A stretch of 64,000 nucleotides of DNA from Halodesulfurarchaeum sp. (GCA_042216015.1 JBDGUI010000014.1:1-64000); one strand, 5' to 3'. Counted from the first letter of the stretch, positions 20,401 through 30,717 are shown. Notes: generated by a model not told the origin, from the sequence alone. A program made the numbers and translations.

Positions 20401-21399
20401 TCAGTCCTCGTGGGCCGAATTCGGGAGCGGCTCGCCCTCGAGCCCGGCGACGAGATTGTCCGCGGCCATTCGGGCCATCTTGTTTCGGGTCTGGATGCTC
20501 GCGCTCGCGATGTGAGGGGTGACCACGAGTTTCTCCGGGATGTGTCGGGTCAACTCGTGATCCGCAGGCAAGGGTTCGGGTTCGGTCACGTCGAGTCCGA
20601 CCCGGGTGAGCCAATCGTTCTCGAGTGCCACGTCCATGGCGTCGGGGTCGATGACCGGTCCGCGACTCGTGTTGATGAGGATCGCCTCCTCCCTCATCTG
20701 TCGGAACTCCTCCTCGCCGATGAGGTGATGGGTCGACTCGAGGAGCGGCACGTGCAGGGAGACGAAGTCGCTCTCCGCGAGCAGTTCGTCCTGATCGACG
20801 AAGGACGCCTCGACGCCGGCCTCGGCCAGCTCGGCCTCTGCGGCTTCGTTCGGTTCGACGTCGGTGTAAAGAACGTCCATGTCGAATCCGGCCCCGCGGC
20901 GGGCGACTTCCGTGCCGATGTTGCCCATGCCGACGATGCCGAGTGTCGCGTGGTGGACATCCGGTCCGGTGAGCAGCTTGGGACCCCAGGTCTCCCACTC
21001 GCCGCTCAGCACGTACTCCTGGCCCTCGACCGTGCGCCGGGCCGTCGTCATCAGCAGGGCCCACGCGAAGTCGGCGGTGGTCTCAGAGAGCACCCCTGGC
21101 GTGTGGCCGACCGGCATGTCCCGCTCCGCGGCGGCGCCCATGTCGATGTGGTCGTAGCCGACCGAGAACGTCGAGATGACCCGCAGATTGGGCGAGGCGT
21201 CCATGACCTCCCCGTCGATGTCGTCCGAGAGCAGGCACAGCAATCCCTCGGCCTCGAGATCCTCGAGTGTCTCGATGATGTGTTCCTTCGAGGGGGGCAA
21301 TTTCTCCTCCCAGACGTGGACGTCGTACTCGGTTTCGAGGCGTTCGATACCCGCATCGGGGATGCGGCGAGTTACGTATACTGTCGGTTTCTCCGTCAT
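20401..21399 (-). CDS. Glyoxylate/hydroxypyruvate reductase (D-glycerate dehydrogenase family)
   Basis: SVGYDHID, TPGVLSETTAD, GIVGMGNIG, INTSRG, LDVTEPEP and TPHIAS. Confidence 0.9.
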   Translation of the reverse strand: MTEKPTVYVTRRIPDAGIERLETEYDVHVWEEKLPPSKEHIIETLEDLEAEGLLCLLSDDIDGEVMDASPNLRVISTFSVGYDHIDMGAAAERDMPVGHTPGVLSETTADFAWALLMTTARRTVEGQEYVLSGEWETWGPKLLTGPDVHHATLGIVGMGNIGTEVARRGAGFDMDVLYTDVEPNEAAEAELAEAGVEASFVDQDELLAESDFVSLHVPLLESTHHLIGEEEFRQMREEAILINTSRGPVIDPDAMDVALENDWLTRVGLDVTEPEPLPADHELTRHIPEKLVVTPHIASASIQTRNKMARMAADNLVAGLEGEPLPNSAHED

Positions 21400-21466
21400 G
21401 CTTTGGGTTGCTCGGTAATCGGGTTTGTAATTCGGGGTCGGACGAAATATTGCGAGTCGGTACGGG

Positions 21467-22624
21467 TTACAGGAACCCGGCGTCTTCCAGTCGGTCGATA
21501 CCCTCCCTGATCCGCTCCTCGCTCTCGACGAGGGATGCACGCACGTAGCCGGGCGTGCCAAAGGCCTTGCCCGGAACCAGGCCGACGCCGGCCTCTCGAA
21601 CCGCATCCTTGCACCACTCCATGTCGTCCTCGGCCTCGATCGGGAACATGACGTAGAAGGCACCCTCCGGAACCGGAACGTCGATGCCCCGCTCCTCGAG
21701 CAGCTCCACGAGAAGGTCCCGACGGGATTCGAAGGTGTCCATCATGTCGGCAGTGAGCGCGTCGATGTCGGTGTTCTCGAGGGCCTCGATTCCGGCCCGC
21801 TGGACGAAGTTCGAGGCACAGGAAACCGAGTGGGAGTGGACCTTTCCGGCCTGGGTCGTGTGATCGGTCGGCGCGGCCATGAACCCGAGCCGATAGCCCG
21901 TCATCGAGAACGTCTTCGAGAAGCCGTTGATCGTGATCGTCCGTTCCATCATGCCATCGAAGGTGGCGAGGCTCCGCTGTTCGCTATCGCCATACATCAA
22001 CTCGGCGTAGATCTCATCCGAAAGGACCGGCAGATCGTACTCGACGGCGATGTCCCGAACGCCGCCGAAGGCGGCCTCGGAGAAGACCATCCCGCTTGGG
22101 TTCGTCGGGGAGTTGAGCATGATGAGTGCCGTGTCCTCGGAGACGGCTGCCTCGAGGTCGTCGAGTGCGGGTTCGAGCTGGAAGTCATAGGGAGCCGTAT
22201 CGACGTGGACGGCCTCACCGCCGGCGAGCTTCACCATCGGCTCGTAGGAGGACCACACCGGGTCGATGACGATGACCTCGTCGCCGGGATTGACGACGGC
22301 CTGTATCGTCTCGTAGAGGGCGTGTTTGCCGCCCGGCGTCACGATGATGTTTTCCGGCCCGTAGTCGAGGTCGAAGCGATCCTGGAGGTAGCCGGCAATG
22401 GAGCGTCGGAGCTCCATGATCCCATTGGAGGGCGTATAGGTGGTGTGACCCGCATCGAGGGCGTCCTTCGTCGCGTCGAGGATGTGCTCGGGAGTCTCGA
22501 CATCGGGCTGACCAACGCTCAGATCGACGATGTCCGCACCCTCCTCCTCGAGTTCGGAGACGAGATTCGAGATGACGAACGGGGCCGCCGGCTCGACGGC
22601 GTGGACGCGGTCGGCGAATTCCAT
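21467..22624 (-). CDS. PLP-dependent class I aminotransferase (AspC-like)
   Basis: NSPTNPSG, DEIY and NGFSKTFSMTGYRLG. Confidence 0.9.
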   Translation of the reverse strand: MEFADRVHAVEPAAPFVISNLVSELEEEGADIVDLSVGQPDVETPEHILDATKDALDAGHTTYTPSNGIMELRRSIAGYLQDRFDLDYGPENIIVTPGGKHALYETIQAVVNPGDEVIVIDPVWSSYEPMVKLAGGEAVHVDTAPYDFQLEPALDDLEAAVSEDTALIMLNSPTNPSGMVFSEAAFGGVRDIAVEYDLPVLSDEIYAELMYGDSEQRSLATFDGMMERTITINGFSKTFSMTGYRLGFMAAPTDHTTQAGKVHSHSVSCASNFVQRAGIEALENTDIDALTADMMDTFESRRDLLVELLEERGIDVPVPEGAFYVMFPIEAEDDMEWCKDAVREAGVGLVPGKAFGTPGYVRASLVESEERIREGIDRLEDAGFL

Positions 22625-22804
22625 TACCGTTCACCCCGAAGTGATCCCGTTGACGGTCCTCGCTGTACGAAGCGGACGGATCCTGACGAGCTGCTGGCTC
22701 CGATACGGATTGACATAGTGTGAGAGGGTAAACTCGACACCATCCAAAATAGGTTTCGTTCGAGCGGAGCGTCTCGAGACGCCGTTTCAGGCAAGGTTTG
22801 CGAA

Positions 22805-24220
22805 TCAACGATTGGTATCCGTGGTTTCGAGGGTCTCGAGCAATCGATCCTTGATCTGCTCGGCCACGAACGCCTGGAGTGAATCGTCTCCCTCTTCCGT
22901 CTCGACCATCTCGAAGATCCCCAGTGGGATCTGAGCCCCGGCCATCTGGTCGTGTCCACCGGCGCTCCCGATCTGGTCGAAGGCCCGTCGGAACACGGCC
23001 CCGAGATCGACCGCTCCTCCCTTGGCCCGTCCGGAGAGATAGACCGTCTCCGCGGCGGAGCCATAGACGACGGCGATCGAAATGCCCTCGAGCCCCAGCA
23101 ATCTGTCCGCGGCCTGAGCCAGGGAATCACGGGAGTTCACCTCACCGACGAAACTCGAAAGCACCTCCCCCTCGACTTCCCGGTTCCTGATGGCCCGACC
23201 GATCGTGTCCAGGGTCGAGGGGCTGAGAGACGGGCTTTCGACCAGATTCAACACCTCGAGATCGGCGTGGGGAAGCAACCACGCTGCGGCCTCGAAGTCC
23301 TTGGCCGTCGTTTCGCGGCCGAAGTCACGGGTGTCGACCCGGATCCCGTAGAGCAGCCCCGTGGCCACGTCCTCTTCGACGTCGATTTCGAAGTCCTGTA
23401 GATAGTCGACGAGGAGCGTGCTCGTCGCCCCGACGGCCGACCTGATATCGACGAAATCCGCCTCGCAGTCCGTCGGCGTTGGATGATGGTCGATCACGAT
23501 GTCGACCGGCATCCCCTCCGGAAGCTGGTCATTGATCCCCGGGCGGGAATGGTCGACCAGAGCGAGGTGATCGTCGCCGATGTCCGCCGGCCGCTCGAGC
23601 TGTTCGAGATCCACGTCGAGCAGGTTCACGAACGCACGGTTTTCCTGGTGAGTGATATCGCCAAAGTAACATATCTCGGCGTCGACGCCGAAGCGATCCG
23701 CAATCGACCGCAGCGCCAGTGCCGCGCCGAGCGCGTCAGGGTCGGGATTGTCGTGGGTACAGATCGCGAGATGACCGTTCATTCCCTCGAGTGTTTCCCG
23801 GAGGCGCGCGGCCCGATCGATGCGGGAATCGCCTTCCCGGGCGTCGATCGCGTCGAGTATCATTCCACCGGGTGAAAGCACCCTGTCGGCGGCAGCGATC
23901 GATTGACCTGCCGTCCCAGTTTGGGCCGGCATGGAGAGCAAATACGCCTCCGGAAACACCCGCCGGGCGGCCTCGACCGTCTTCGCTGCCCGGGCGCGAT
24001 CGTCGGTCAACACGATCACGACATCCGGGTCGAAATCCGTCCGCCGCAGGACAGCCGGATCGGTACTGTCACCTGTCTCTGCGGTCACCGAGAGGTCCCG
24101 CAGGTGTTCGACCCGCCCCTCGTCGTGATCGATGATGTGTAGTCTGCCTGGCCAGTCCCGGAGCGTTCTGGCAATCGAGAGACAGAGGTCCCCACAGCCC
24201 AGGACGAGCCGGTCGACCAT
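22805..24220 (-). CDS. TrkA-N (RCK) plus DHH/DHHA1 phosphoesterase
   Basis: VLGCG Rossmann start, HDNPDPDALG, VDHS, IDHH and GSAGGHDQMAGA. Confidence 0.9.
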   Translation of the reverse strand: MVDRLVLGCGDLCLSIARTLRDWPGRLHIIDHDEGRVEHLRDLSVTAETGDSTDPAVLRRTDFDPDVVIVLTDDRARAAKTVEAARRVFPEAYLLSMPAQTGTAGQSIAAADRVLSPGGMILDAIDAREGDSRIDRAARLRETLEGMNGHLAICTHDNPDPDALGAALALRSIADRFGVDAEICYFGDITHQENRAFVNLLDVDLEQLERPADIGDDHLALVDHSRPGINDQLPEGMPVDIVIDHHPTPTDCEADFVDIRSAVGATSTLLVDYLQDFEIDVEEDVATGLLYGIRVDTRDFGRETTAKDFEAAAWLLPHADLEVLNLVESPSLSPSTLDTIGRAIRNREVEGEVLSSFVGEVNSRDSLAQAADRLLGLEGISIAVVYGSAAETVYLSGRAKGGAVDLGAVFRRAFDQIGSAGGHDQMAGAQIPLGIFEMVETEEGDDSLQAFVAEQIKDRLLETLETTDTNR

Positions 24221-24267
24221 ACGCCATTACCTGAGAGCCGACGGATAAAAAGCGGTTCCCTCTCCGC

Positions 24268-25776
24268 TCAGATGCCGCCCTCGAGCAACAGCGATGCGGC
24301 CGAGATCGCAGTCTCGGCCACGGGATCGAAGGCAACGAGCAGCCCGACGGTGACGACGGCCGCACCGATCACGGCGACGTACATGCCCGTCGGGGTCGGA
24401 CCGAGGTCCTGGGAATCTGTCGGATCTTCGATCCAGAGGGCCTTCACGACCCGGCTGTAGTAATAGAGCGACAGGGCGCTGTTAATGGCGGCGATACCGG
24501 CCAGCCACCAGAACCCGGCCTGGACGGTTCCGGCGAAGAGGACGTACTTCGAGAGGAAGCCGCCCCCGACCGGAAGGCCAGCAAGACTGAACATGAACAC
24601 GGTCATCGCGACGCTCACGTACGGTGCCTGCCGAGCGAGGCCGTTGTAGTCCTCGAAGGTGCGACCGACGTTCCACTTCTCGGCGAGGGCCACGAAGAGG
24701 AACGCCCCGGTGTTCATGAAGCCATAGACCAGCAGGTGCATCATCGCCGCGCCGAGCACCAGTGCCTGCGTGCCCAACTCACCCGACCCGGTGAGGGCGG
24801 CAAGCCCCATCAGGACGTAGCCAGCGTGGCCGATCGAGGAGTACGCGAGCATCCGCTTCACGTTCTCCTGGGTGGCCGCGGCGAAGTTCCCAACGGTCAT
24901 CGTGATGATCGCAAGCACCACGAACAGCCAGCCCCAGGGCACCATCCCGCCGACCAGATCGAGCGGGAAGCCCTGGACGAGCACGCGGAAGGCCACGGCG
25001 AAGCCGGCGGCCTTCGAGGCCGAGGAGATGAACGCCGAGATCGGCGCCGGCGCCCCCTCGTAGGCCTCCGGGGCCCAGAAGTGGAACGGGACGCTCGCAG
25101 TCTTGAAGAGGAACCCGCCGATCAGCATCACCAGCCCGAGCCCGAGCAGGCCCTCGAGGCCCGCGAGCCCGCCCTGGAGTGCTTCTGCGATACCGCTCAG
25201 GTGGAGCGTGCCGGTGGCTCCATACACGAGGCTGATCCCGTAGACCATCACCGCCGAGGAGAGAGCGCCGATGAGGAAATACTTCAGACCGGCCTCGACA
25301 CTTCCTTCGTCGTGTTTGAGGTAGGCCACGAGACCATAGGAGGGGAGCGAGGCCAGTTCCAGGCTCACGAAGACCGCCGCGAGGTTGTTGGAGACCGCCA
25401 TGAGACTCATCCCGAGCGCGGCGAGGGAGACGAGCGAGTAGTACTCCGCAATGGCCTCCGAGCCCTGGAGATAGTCGAAACTCGCGATCACGACGAGTGT
25501 GGCCACGCTCCCGAAGATGAACGTGAAGAACAGGCTCATGCCGTCCACCACGATCATTCCGGCGAACACTTCGGGCACAGTGGTCCCGGACCCCGTGCCT
25601 GCGGCCAAGAACCAGGCACTGATCAGCGCAACGAGAGACGAACCCAGGGCCGCGATGGCGGCGAGCAGTTTGGGTCGCTTCGACTTCGGGAAGACCGTGT
25701 CTGCCAGCAGGAGCGCGATCGCGGTGATCGCGAAGAGGTACTGCGGTGTCAGATGGGGCATGACGAGTTCGTTCAT
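24268..25776 (-). CDS. nuoN: Complex I-like oxidoreductase subunit N
   Basis: EAGLKYFLIGALSS, VPFHFWAPEAYEGAP and KRMLAYSSIGH. Confidence 0.93.
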   Translation of the reverse strand: MNELVMPHLTPQYLFAITAIALLLADTVFPKSKRPKLLAAIAALGSSLVALISAWFLAAGTGSGTTVPEVFAGMIVVDGMSLFFTFIFGSVATLVVIASFDYLQGSEAIAEYYSLVSLAALGMSLMAVSNNLAAVFVSLELASLPSYGLVAYLKHDEGSVEAGLKYFLIGALSSAVMVYGISLVYGATGTLHLSGIAEALQGGLAGLEGLLGLGLVMLIGGFLFKTASVPFHFWAPEAYEGAPAPISAFISSASKAAGFAVAFRVLVQGFPLDLVGGMVPWGWLFVVLAIITMTVGNFAAATQENVKRMLAYSSIGHAGYVLMGLAALTGSGELGTQALVLGAAMMHLLVYGFMNTGAFLFVALAEKWNVGRTFEDYNGLARQAPYVSVAMTVFMFSLAGLPVGGGFLSKYVLFAGTVQAGFWWLAGIAAINSALSLYYYSRVVKALWIEDPTDSQDLGPTPTGMYVAVIGAAVVTVGLLVAFDPVAETAISAASLLLEGGI

Positions 25777-27306
25777 CTAGAGACCACCTCCAATCGTGAG
25801 GATCGGTCGAACGGCGTCCTGGATCATCCCGTAGATCAGGTCCGGGGCCGTCCCGAGCAGGATGACGAACAGCAGGAGCACCACGATGGAAACCCGGTCG
25901 GTCACGGCCGCCGGGACGATGTCGTGGTCGGTGTCGGCCTCGAACGGGCCGAACAGGACCCGCTGCATCGCGAGCAGCAGATAGCCGGCGACGATCACGA
26001 TGCCGAACATTGCAACCCCGGTGAATACCTGCGCGTAGGGGAGCACCGTCGACTGCATGCCGCCGAGGAAGATGTACAGTTCCCCGGCGAAGCCGGCCAT
26101 CAATGGCAGGCCCATGTAGCCGAAGGCCGCCGCGGTGAAGACTGTCGCCGTCAGCGGCATGCGGTCGGCGATCCCCGAGAGGTCACCCACCATGCGCGTG
26201 TGAGCGACGTTGTAGATCACGCCGACGGACATGAACATCAACCCCGAGATGAGGCCGTGGGCCACCATCTGGAAGGTCGCCCCACCGAGGCCGTACAGGT
26301 TGTAGGCAACGAGTCCGAGCAGGACGTAGCCCATCGAGGAGATGGAGGAGTACGCCACGATCCGCTTGAGGTCCTGCTGGGCCAGCGCCAGCATCGCCCC
26401 GTAGATCACGCTGATCACCGCAAGGAGCGCGATCGGAACGGCGAACTCGATTGCCTGCTGGGGGAGCATCGTGAAGTTGAACCGGAGCATCGCGTAGGTT
26501 CCCATTTTCAGCAGGACGCCGGCCAGGATCACCGACACTGGCGTCGGTGCTTCGACGTGGGCGTCCGGGAGCCACGTGTGGAATGGAACCATCGGGACCT
26601 TCACGGCGAACCCGGCGAACATCGCGATGAAGGCGACTGCCTTCAGCGTGCCCGCTTCGATGCCAGCGAGCGATCCGAGTTCGCCCGCGTGCAACGCCTG
26701 TGCGATCTCCGGCAGCCCGAGTGAGGAGATGCTGTCACCCAGACCAAACACCAGCGCGATGAACCCGATGAACATCACCAGGCTCGCCACGTTGGTGTAG
26801 ACGAAGAACTTGATCGCGGCGTACTTCCGACGCGGACCGCCCCAGATGGCGATCAGGAAGTACATCGGCACCAGCACGAACTCCCAGGCGACGAACCACG
26901 CGAGGAAGTCGAGTGCGGTGAACACCCCGAGCAGGCTCGCCTCCATGAAGAGCATCAGCCCGTAGAACTGGGACTGTCGCCGGTCGATCGGCGTCCACGC
27001 CGAGAGGATGGCGAGGCTCATCAGCACCGTCGTCAGCACCACCAGGGCGAGCGAAATGCCGTCCACGCCGACCTGATAGCCGATCGTGATGTCGCCGAGA
27101 GTGATCCAGTCGACCTGGGTGTGATACGCGATGTCCCCCCCGAGAAGCGCGTTCCCTGAACCGTCGAAGCCGAGGAACATGAGCAATGCGCCGGCAAGGG
27201 GGAGCAGGCTCAGACCGAAGGCGAGCCGTCCAGCGATCTCGTCGTCCGCGATCATGACCGCGACCGCGCTTGCGACCGTCACCAGCAGGAGTGCCTCGAT
27301 CATCAT
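25777..27306 (-). CDS. nuoM: Complex I-like oxidoreductase subunit M
   Basis: GVDGIS, VKVPMVPFHTWLPDAHVEAPT and LLKMGTY. Confidence 0.94.
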   Translation of the reverse strand: MMIEALLLVTVASAVAVMIADDEIAGRLAFGLSLLPLAGALLMFLGFDGSGNALLGGDIAYHTQVDWITLGDITIGYQVGVDGISLALVVLTTVLMSLAILSAWTPIDRRQSQFYGLMLFMEASLLGVFTALDFLAWFVAWEFVLVPMYFLIAIWGGPRRKYAAIKFFVYTNVASLVMFIGFIALVFGLGDSISSLGLPEIAQALHAGELGSLAGIEAGTLKAVAFIAMFAGFAVKVPMVPFHTWLPDAHVEAPTPVSVILAGVLLKMGTYAMLRFNFTMLPQQAIEFAVPIALLAVISVIYGAMLALAQQDLKRIVAYSSISSMGYVLLGLVAYNLYGLGGATFQMVAHGLISGLMFMSVGVIYNVAHTRMVGDLSGIADRMPLTATVFTAAAFGYMGLPLMAGFAGELYIFLGGMQSTVLPYAQVFTGVAMFGIVIVAGYLLLAMQRVLFGPFEADTDHDIVPAAVTDRVSIVVLLLFVILLGTAPDLIYGMIQDAVRPILTIGGGL

Positions 27307-29376
27307 CTAGAACCACCCCCCGACGAGCGCGACGACCAGAACGATGACGACCAGCCCCAGCGTGAGCATGGCGGCGTAGTTCGTCACTCGGCCCGTCTGG
27401 AGTCGACGGATGCGCGAGCCCGAGAACAGCGCGAGACTCGAGACGGCGTTGACGACGCCGTCGATGATGCCCTGGTCGAACTTGTCCGCGATACGGGCGA
27501 GTGGAAGGGTCACCCCCTCGGCGAGCCAGACCTGGTACTCGTCCTGATAGTAATTGTTGTAGAGCAGGGTCTTGAGCGAGCCCAATTTGTCCGTGTGCCG
27601 CGTCGGCTCGGGTCCGCTGTAGAGCAGCCAGGCGAGACTGGCACCCCCGAGCGCGAGCGCGAGTGAAACTGCACTCGCCAGGAGCGTCGTCGCCGTCGCC
27701 CCAAGTCCGAAGACCGTCTCGTTTCCGTACCCGGCCGCGTCGTGGAGAACGTGGTGGTAGCTTTCGACGGTCAATGCCTCATAGCCACTGGCGAACCACT
27801 CGTGCAGGAACTCGATGTGGAGGCCGGTTACCTCCGCGACTGGCGTCATGTTCACCACGCCGATGACTGCCGCGAGCGTCCCCAGAACGACGAGTGGGAA
27901 CTTGACGTTCCATCGCACGCCGTGAGGGTCCGCCGCGGTCTCACTGCGTGGCTCGCCGTGGAAGGTCAGGATGACCATCCGGAACGTGTAGAACCCGGTA
28001 AACGCCACAGCGATGAGACCCAGGGCATAGGCCAACAGGATCATCGGGTTCGACATCCCGTTCACGAGGGCCGCGTGCAGCACCTCGTCCTTCGACCAGA
28101 AGCCGGCAAATGGGAAGATTCCCGCGAGCGCGAGCGAACCGGAGAGGAACGTCCAGTACGTGACTGGCATCTTCTCCTTGAGTCCGCCCATGTCCCACAT
28201 GTTCTCGTTGTGGTGCATCGCGATGATGACCGACCCCGCTCCCAGGAACAGGAGCGCCTTGAAGAATGCGTGGGTCATCAGGTGGAAGGTTGCCGCGACG
28301 TAGCCACCGGCACCCAGCGCGAGCATCATGTATCCATACTGAGATATCGTCGAGTACGCGAGCACCTGCTTGATCTCCCGTTTGACCATGGCCATCGTCG
28401 CGGCCATCAGCGCGGTCAGGCCACCGACGAGCGCGATCAGTGCAAGCACCTGGGGGAGGTGGGCGTAGAACCCGTACATCCGCATGATCAGGTACACGCC
28501 GGCTGCGACCATCGTCGCCGCGTGGATGAGCGCCGAAACCGGAGTCGGGCCCTCCATCGCGTCGGGAAGCCAGGTGTGAAGCGGGAACTGCGCGGACTTC
28601 CCGATCACCCCACCCAGGACGAGGAGTCCGATGATGGCAAACCACGTCTGCGGCTCGAGCCCGATCGTCCCGAGGAAGTCAGAGACGACTGGCGCCATCT
28701 CGCCACTCAGCGCATTGCCGGCCATCTCGGGGAAGCTCTTGACCCCTGCGCGGGGCGCGAACAGGCCGGTGCCGAACGTCGCGAAGATGGCCACCACGCC
28801 GATGAGGAAGAAGTAATCTCCGAACCGGGTGACCAGGAAGGCCTTCTTGGCGGCGCTCGGCGGGCCCGGTTCGCGGAACCAGAACCCGATGAGCAGCCAG
28901 GAGCAGAGCCCGACCAGTTCGAAAAACATGAAGGCCATCAGGATGTTCGAGGCCATCACGAAAGCCAGCATCGAGAAGCTGAACAGGCCGAGTCCGGCGT
29001 AGTACCGGGGCAGACCCGTCTCGCCCTCGTCGTTCATATAGCCGAGGCTGAACACGTGTACGAGGAAGCTGACGAGCGCGACGATCACCAGCATGTACGC
29101 AGAGAGGGGATCGATCAGGATCCCGAAGGACAGATCGAACGTCCCCCCGAGACCTGTCGTCCACGTGTAGATCGTTTCGTTGTACGGTTCGCTACCACTG
29201 ACGGTGACCAGAAGCCACCCGGACACGAGCAGCGATCCGGCTGTCGCCAGGATCCCCGGGATCGCGCCGCCTTTCGGCAACAGTCGCGGAGTGAAGTACC
29301 CCGCGAGAATCGCGATCACGAAGGACGCAAACGGCAACATCGGGACCGCCGCGGCGAAGTCAAATGCACCTACCAT
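27307..29376 (-). CDS. nuoL: Complex I-like oxidoreductase subunit L
   Basis: KSAQFPLHTWLPDAMEGPTPVSALIHAATMV and HAFFKALLFL. Confidence 0.95.
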   Translation of the reverse strand: MVGAFDFAAAVPMLPFASFVIAILAGYFTPRLLPKGGAIPGILATAGSLLVSGWLLVTVSGSEPYNETIYTWTTGLGGTFDLSFGILIDPLSAYMLVIVALVSFLVHVFSLGYMNDEGETGLPRYYAGLGLFSFSMLAFVMASNILMAFMFFELVGLCSWLLIGFWFREPGPPSAAKKAFLVTRFGDYFFLIGVVAIFATFGTGLFAPRAGVKSFPEMAGNALSGEMAPVVSDFLGTIGLEPQTWFAIIGLLVLGGVIGKSAQFPLHTWLPDAMEGPTPVSALIHAATMVAAGVYLIMRMYGFYAHLPQVLALIALVGGLTALMAATMAMVKREIKQVLAYSTISQYGYMMLALGAGGYVAATFHLMTHAFFKALLFLGAGSVIIAMHHNENMWDMGGLKEKMPVTYWTFLSGSLALAGIFPFAGFWSKDEVLHAALVNGMSNPMILLAYALGLIAVAFTGFYTFRMVILTFHGEPRSETAADPHGVRWNVKFPLVVLGTLAAVIGVVNMTPVAEVTGLHIEFLHEWFASGYEALTVESYHHVLHDAAGYGNETVFGLGATATTLLASAVSLALALGGASLAWLLYSGPEPTRHTDKLGSLKTLLYNNYYQDEYQVWLAEGVTLPLARIADKFDQGIIDGVVNAVSSLALFSGSRIRRLQTGRVTNYAAMLTLGLVVIVLVVALVGGWF

Positions 29377-29377
29377 C

Positions 29378-29683
29378 TTACCACCTCATCGTATTCGGCT
29401 CGGTCACGTCCACGTCCCTGAAGTTGCGGAACAGGACCAGGATGATCCCAATTCCGACGGCCACTTCCGCGGCCGCCAGGGCGAGGACGAACAGGCTGAA
29501 CGTCTGTCCGGTCAGATTCCCCCACTGGACCGAAAATGCGACCAGGTTGACGTTTGCCGCGTTGAGCATCAACTCGACGGACATGAGGAACCTGAGCGCG
29601 TTCCGGCGGGTGAGCAGCCCGAACACGCCGATGCTGAACATCGCGGCCGAAAGCAGCACGTAGTACTGGGTTTCGACGACCAT
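29378..29683 (-). CDS. nuoK: Complex I-like subunit K
   Basis: SVELMLNAANVN and AAAEVAVG. Confidence 0.93.
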   Translation of the reverse strand: MVVETQYYVLLSAAMFSIGVFGLLTRRNALRFLMSVELMLNAANVNLVAFSVQWGNLTGQTFSLFVLALAAAEVAVGIGIILVLFRNFRDVDVTEPNTMRW

Positions 29684-29982
29684 CAGTTCTCACCTCCATC
29701 ACGTCGGGCCAGCATCACGGCGGCACCGAGGGCCGCATCGAGGACGAACGCCACCGCGAAAAACGGCAGCAGGAAGCCCTCGCTCATGACCATCGGTGCT
29801 CCCCGTTCGAGGTTGAACAGGGCATAGCCCAAGCTCTTCGTGATCGCTGCACCCGGGTCGAATCCCGCAGCCGGCCCGAACGTCGCCGTCAGGATCGCCA
29901 CCGCCATGACGGCGAACAGGGCGAGTGCCGCCAATCCAGGCAGGACATCGACCTTCTGGGAGAGTTCCGGTTTCGTCGTCAT
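29683..29982 (-). CDS. nuoJ2: Complex I-like subunit J, C-terminal half (J2)
   Basis: MTTKPEL...EGFLLPFFAVAFVLDAALGAAVMLARR, positioned between J1 and K. Confidence 0.85.
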   Translation of the reverse strand: MTTKPELSQKVDVLPGLAALALFAVMAVAILTATFGPAAGFDPGAAITKSLGYALFNLERGAPMVMSEGFLLPFFAVAFVLDAALGAAVMLARRDGGEN

Positions 29983-30233
29983 TGGCCGACACCTCCTGGG
30001 TCGCGGGTGAGCATGACCGCAAAGGCGATCAGGATCAGGACGCCGCCGACGTACACGAGTACCTGCACGGCCGCGAGGAACGCGGCCTCGAGCAGGAGGA
30101 AGTGCACGGCGACGCTGAGCAGCGCTGCACCGAGGAAGAGTGCGGAGTGCCACACGTCCTCGACCAGCACGACACCCAGGCTACTGGCGAGGGTCACGAG
30201 CGCGAAGAGGCCAAAGGCGAGGGTCTCGATCAT
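29979..30233 (-). CDS. nuoJ1: Complex I-like subunit J, N-terminal half (J1)
   Basis: HSALFL...EAAFLAAVQVLVYVGGVLIL. Confidence 0.88.
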   Translation of the reverse strand: MIETLAFGLFALVTLASSLGVVLVEDVWHSALFLGAALLSVAVHFLLLEAAFLAAVQVLVYVGGVLILIAFAVMLTRDPGGVGQ

Positions 30234-30255
30234 TGGAACCACCTCCGATAGTCGC

Positions 30256-30717
30256 TCATTGGTAATCCACCTCGCCGTCACCGTCACCGACCCACGCTTC
30301 GCGGTCGGGTTCCCGTGCCTGAACCGGGTCCATGCCCTTGTACCACGGGACGTTTTTCAGCTGTTCCTTGTTGAACGCCAGATCGTGCTTGGTGTCACCC
30401 GTGAACTCGAAGTTCTCGGTGAGAAGGATCGCTTCGGTGGGGCAGACCTCCTCGCAGAGCCGACAGTAGATACACTGACCCACGTGGAGGTTGTACTGCT
30501 CGCCGTTTCGGTCCTCGTCCATGACGATCTGAATGGTGTCGTTTGGACACACCGTCTCACACTGGCGACACCAGATGCACCGCTCCTGGCTCCACTTGTG
30601 GACGCCCCGGAACCGGGGACTGACCTCGGGAGCCTGGTCGGGATACTCGACGGTGAACGTCTCGCCGTCGAGTGCGTGCTTCATCGTCGTCGCGAGGGAT
30701 TTGAGTACGCCTATCAT
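30256..30717 (-). CDS. nuoI: Complex I-like subunit I (2x[4Fe-4S])
   Basis: CIWCRQCETVCP and CIYCRLCEEVCP. Confidence 0.94.
   Translation of the reverse strand: MIGVLKSLATTMKHALDGETFTVEYPDQAPEVSPRFRGVHKWSQERCIWCRQCETVCPNDTIQIVMDEDRNGEQYNLHVGQCIYCRLCEEVCPTEAILLTENFEFTGDTKHDLAFNKEQLKNVPWYKGMDPVQAREPDREAWVGDGDGEVDYQ

Noticed and set aside
19447..21510. 687-aa plus-strand ORF and other long antisense ORFs (24736..26724, 27742..29421, 32336..33586, 13901..15265, 46622..47998)
   Set aside because: Shadow frames opposite well-supported genes, expected from high-GC codon bias. They show no recognisable motifs.
4420..22624. Phosphoglycolate phosphatase, RuBisCO, glyoxylate reductase and aminotransferase as a photorespiration-like cluster
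   Set aside because: The genes are spread over 18 kb with unrelated genes between them, and the HAD family is common in archaea. Linkage is unsupported.
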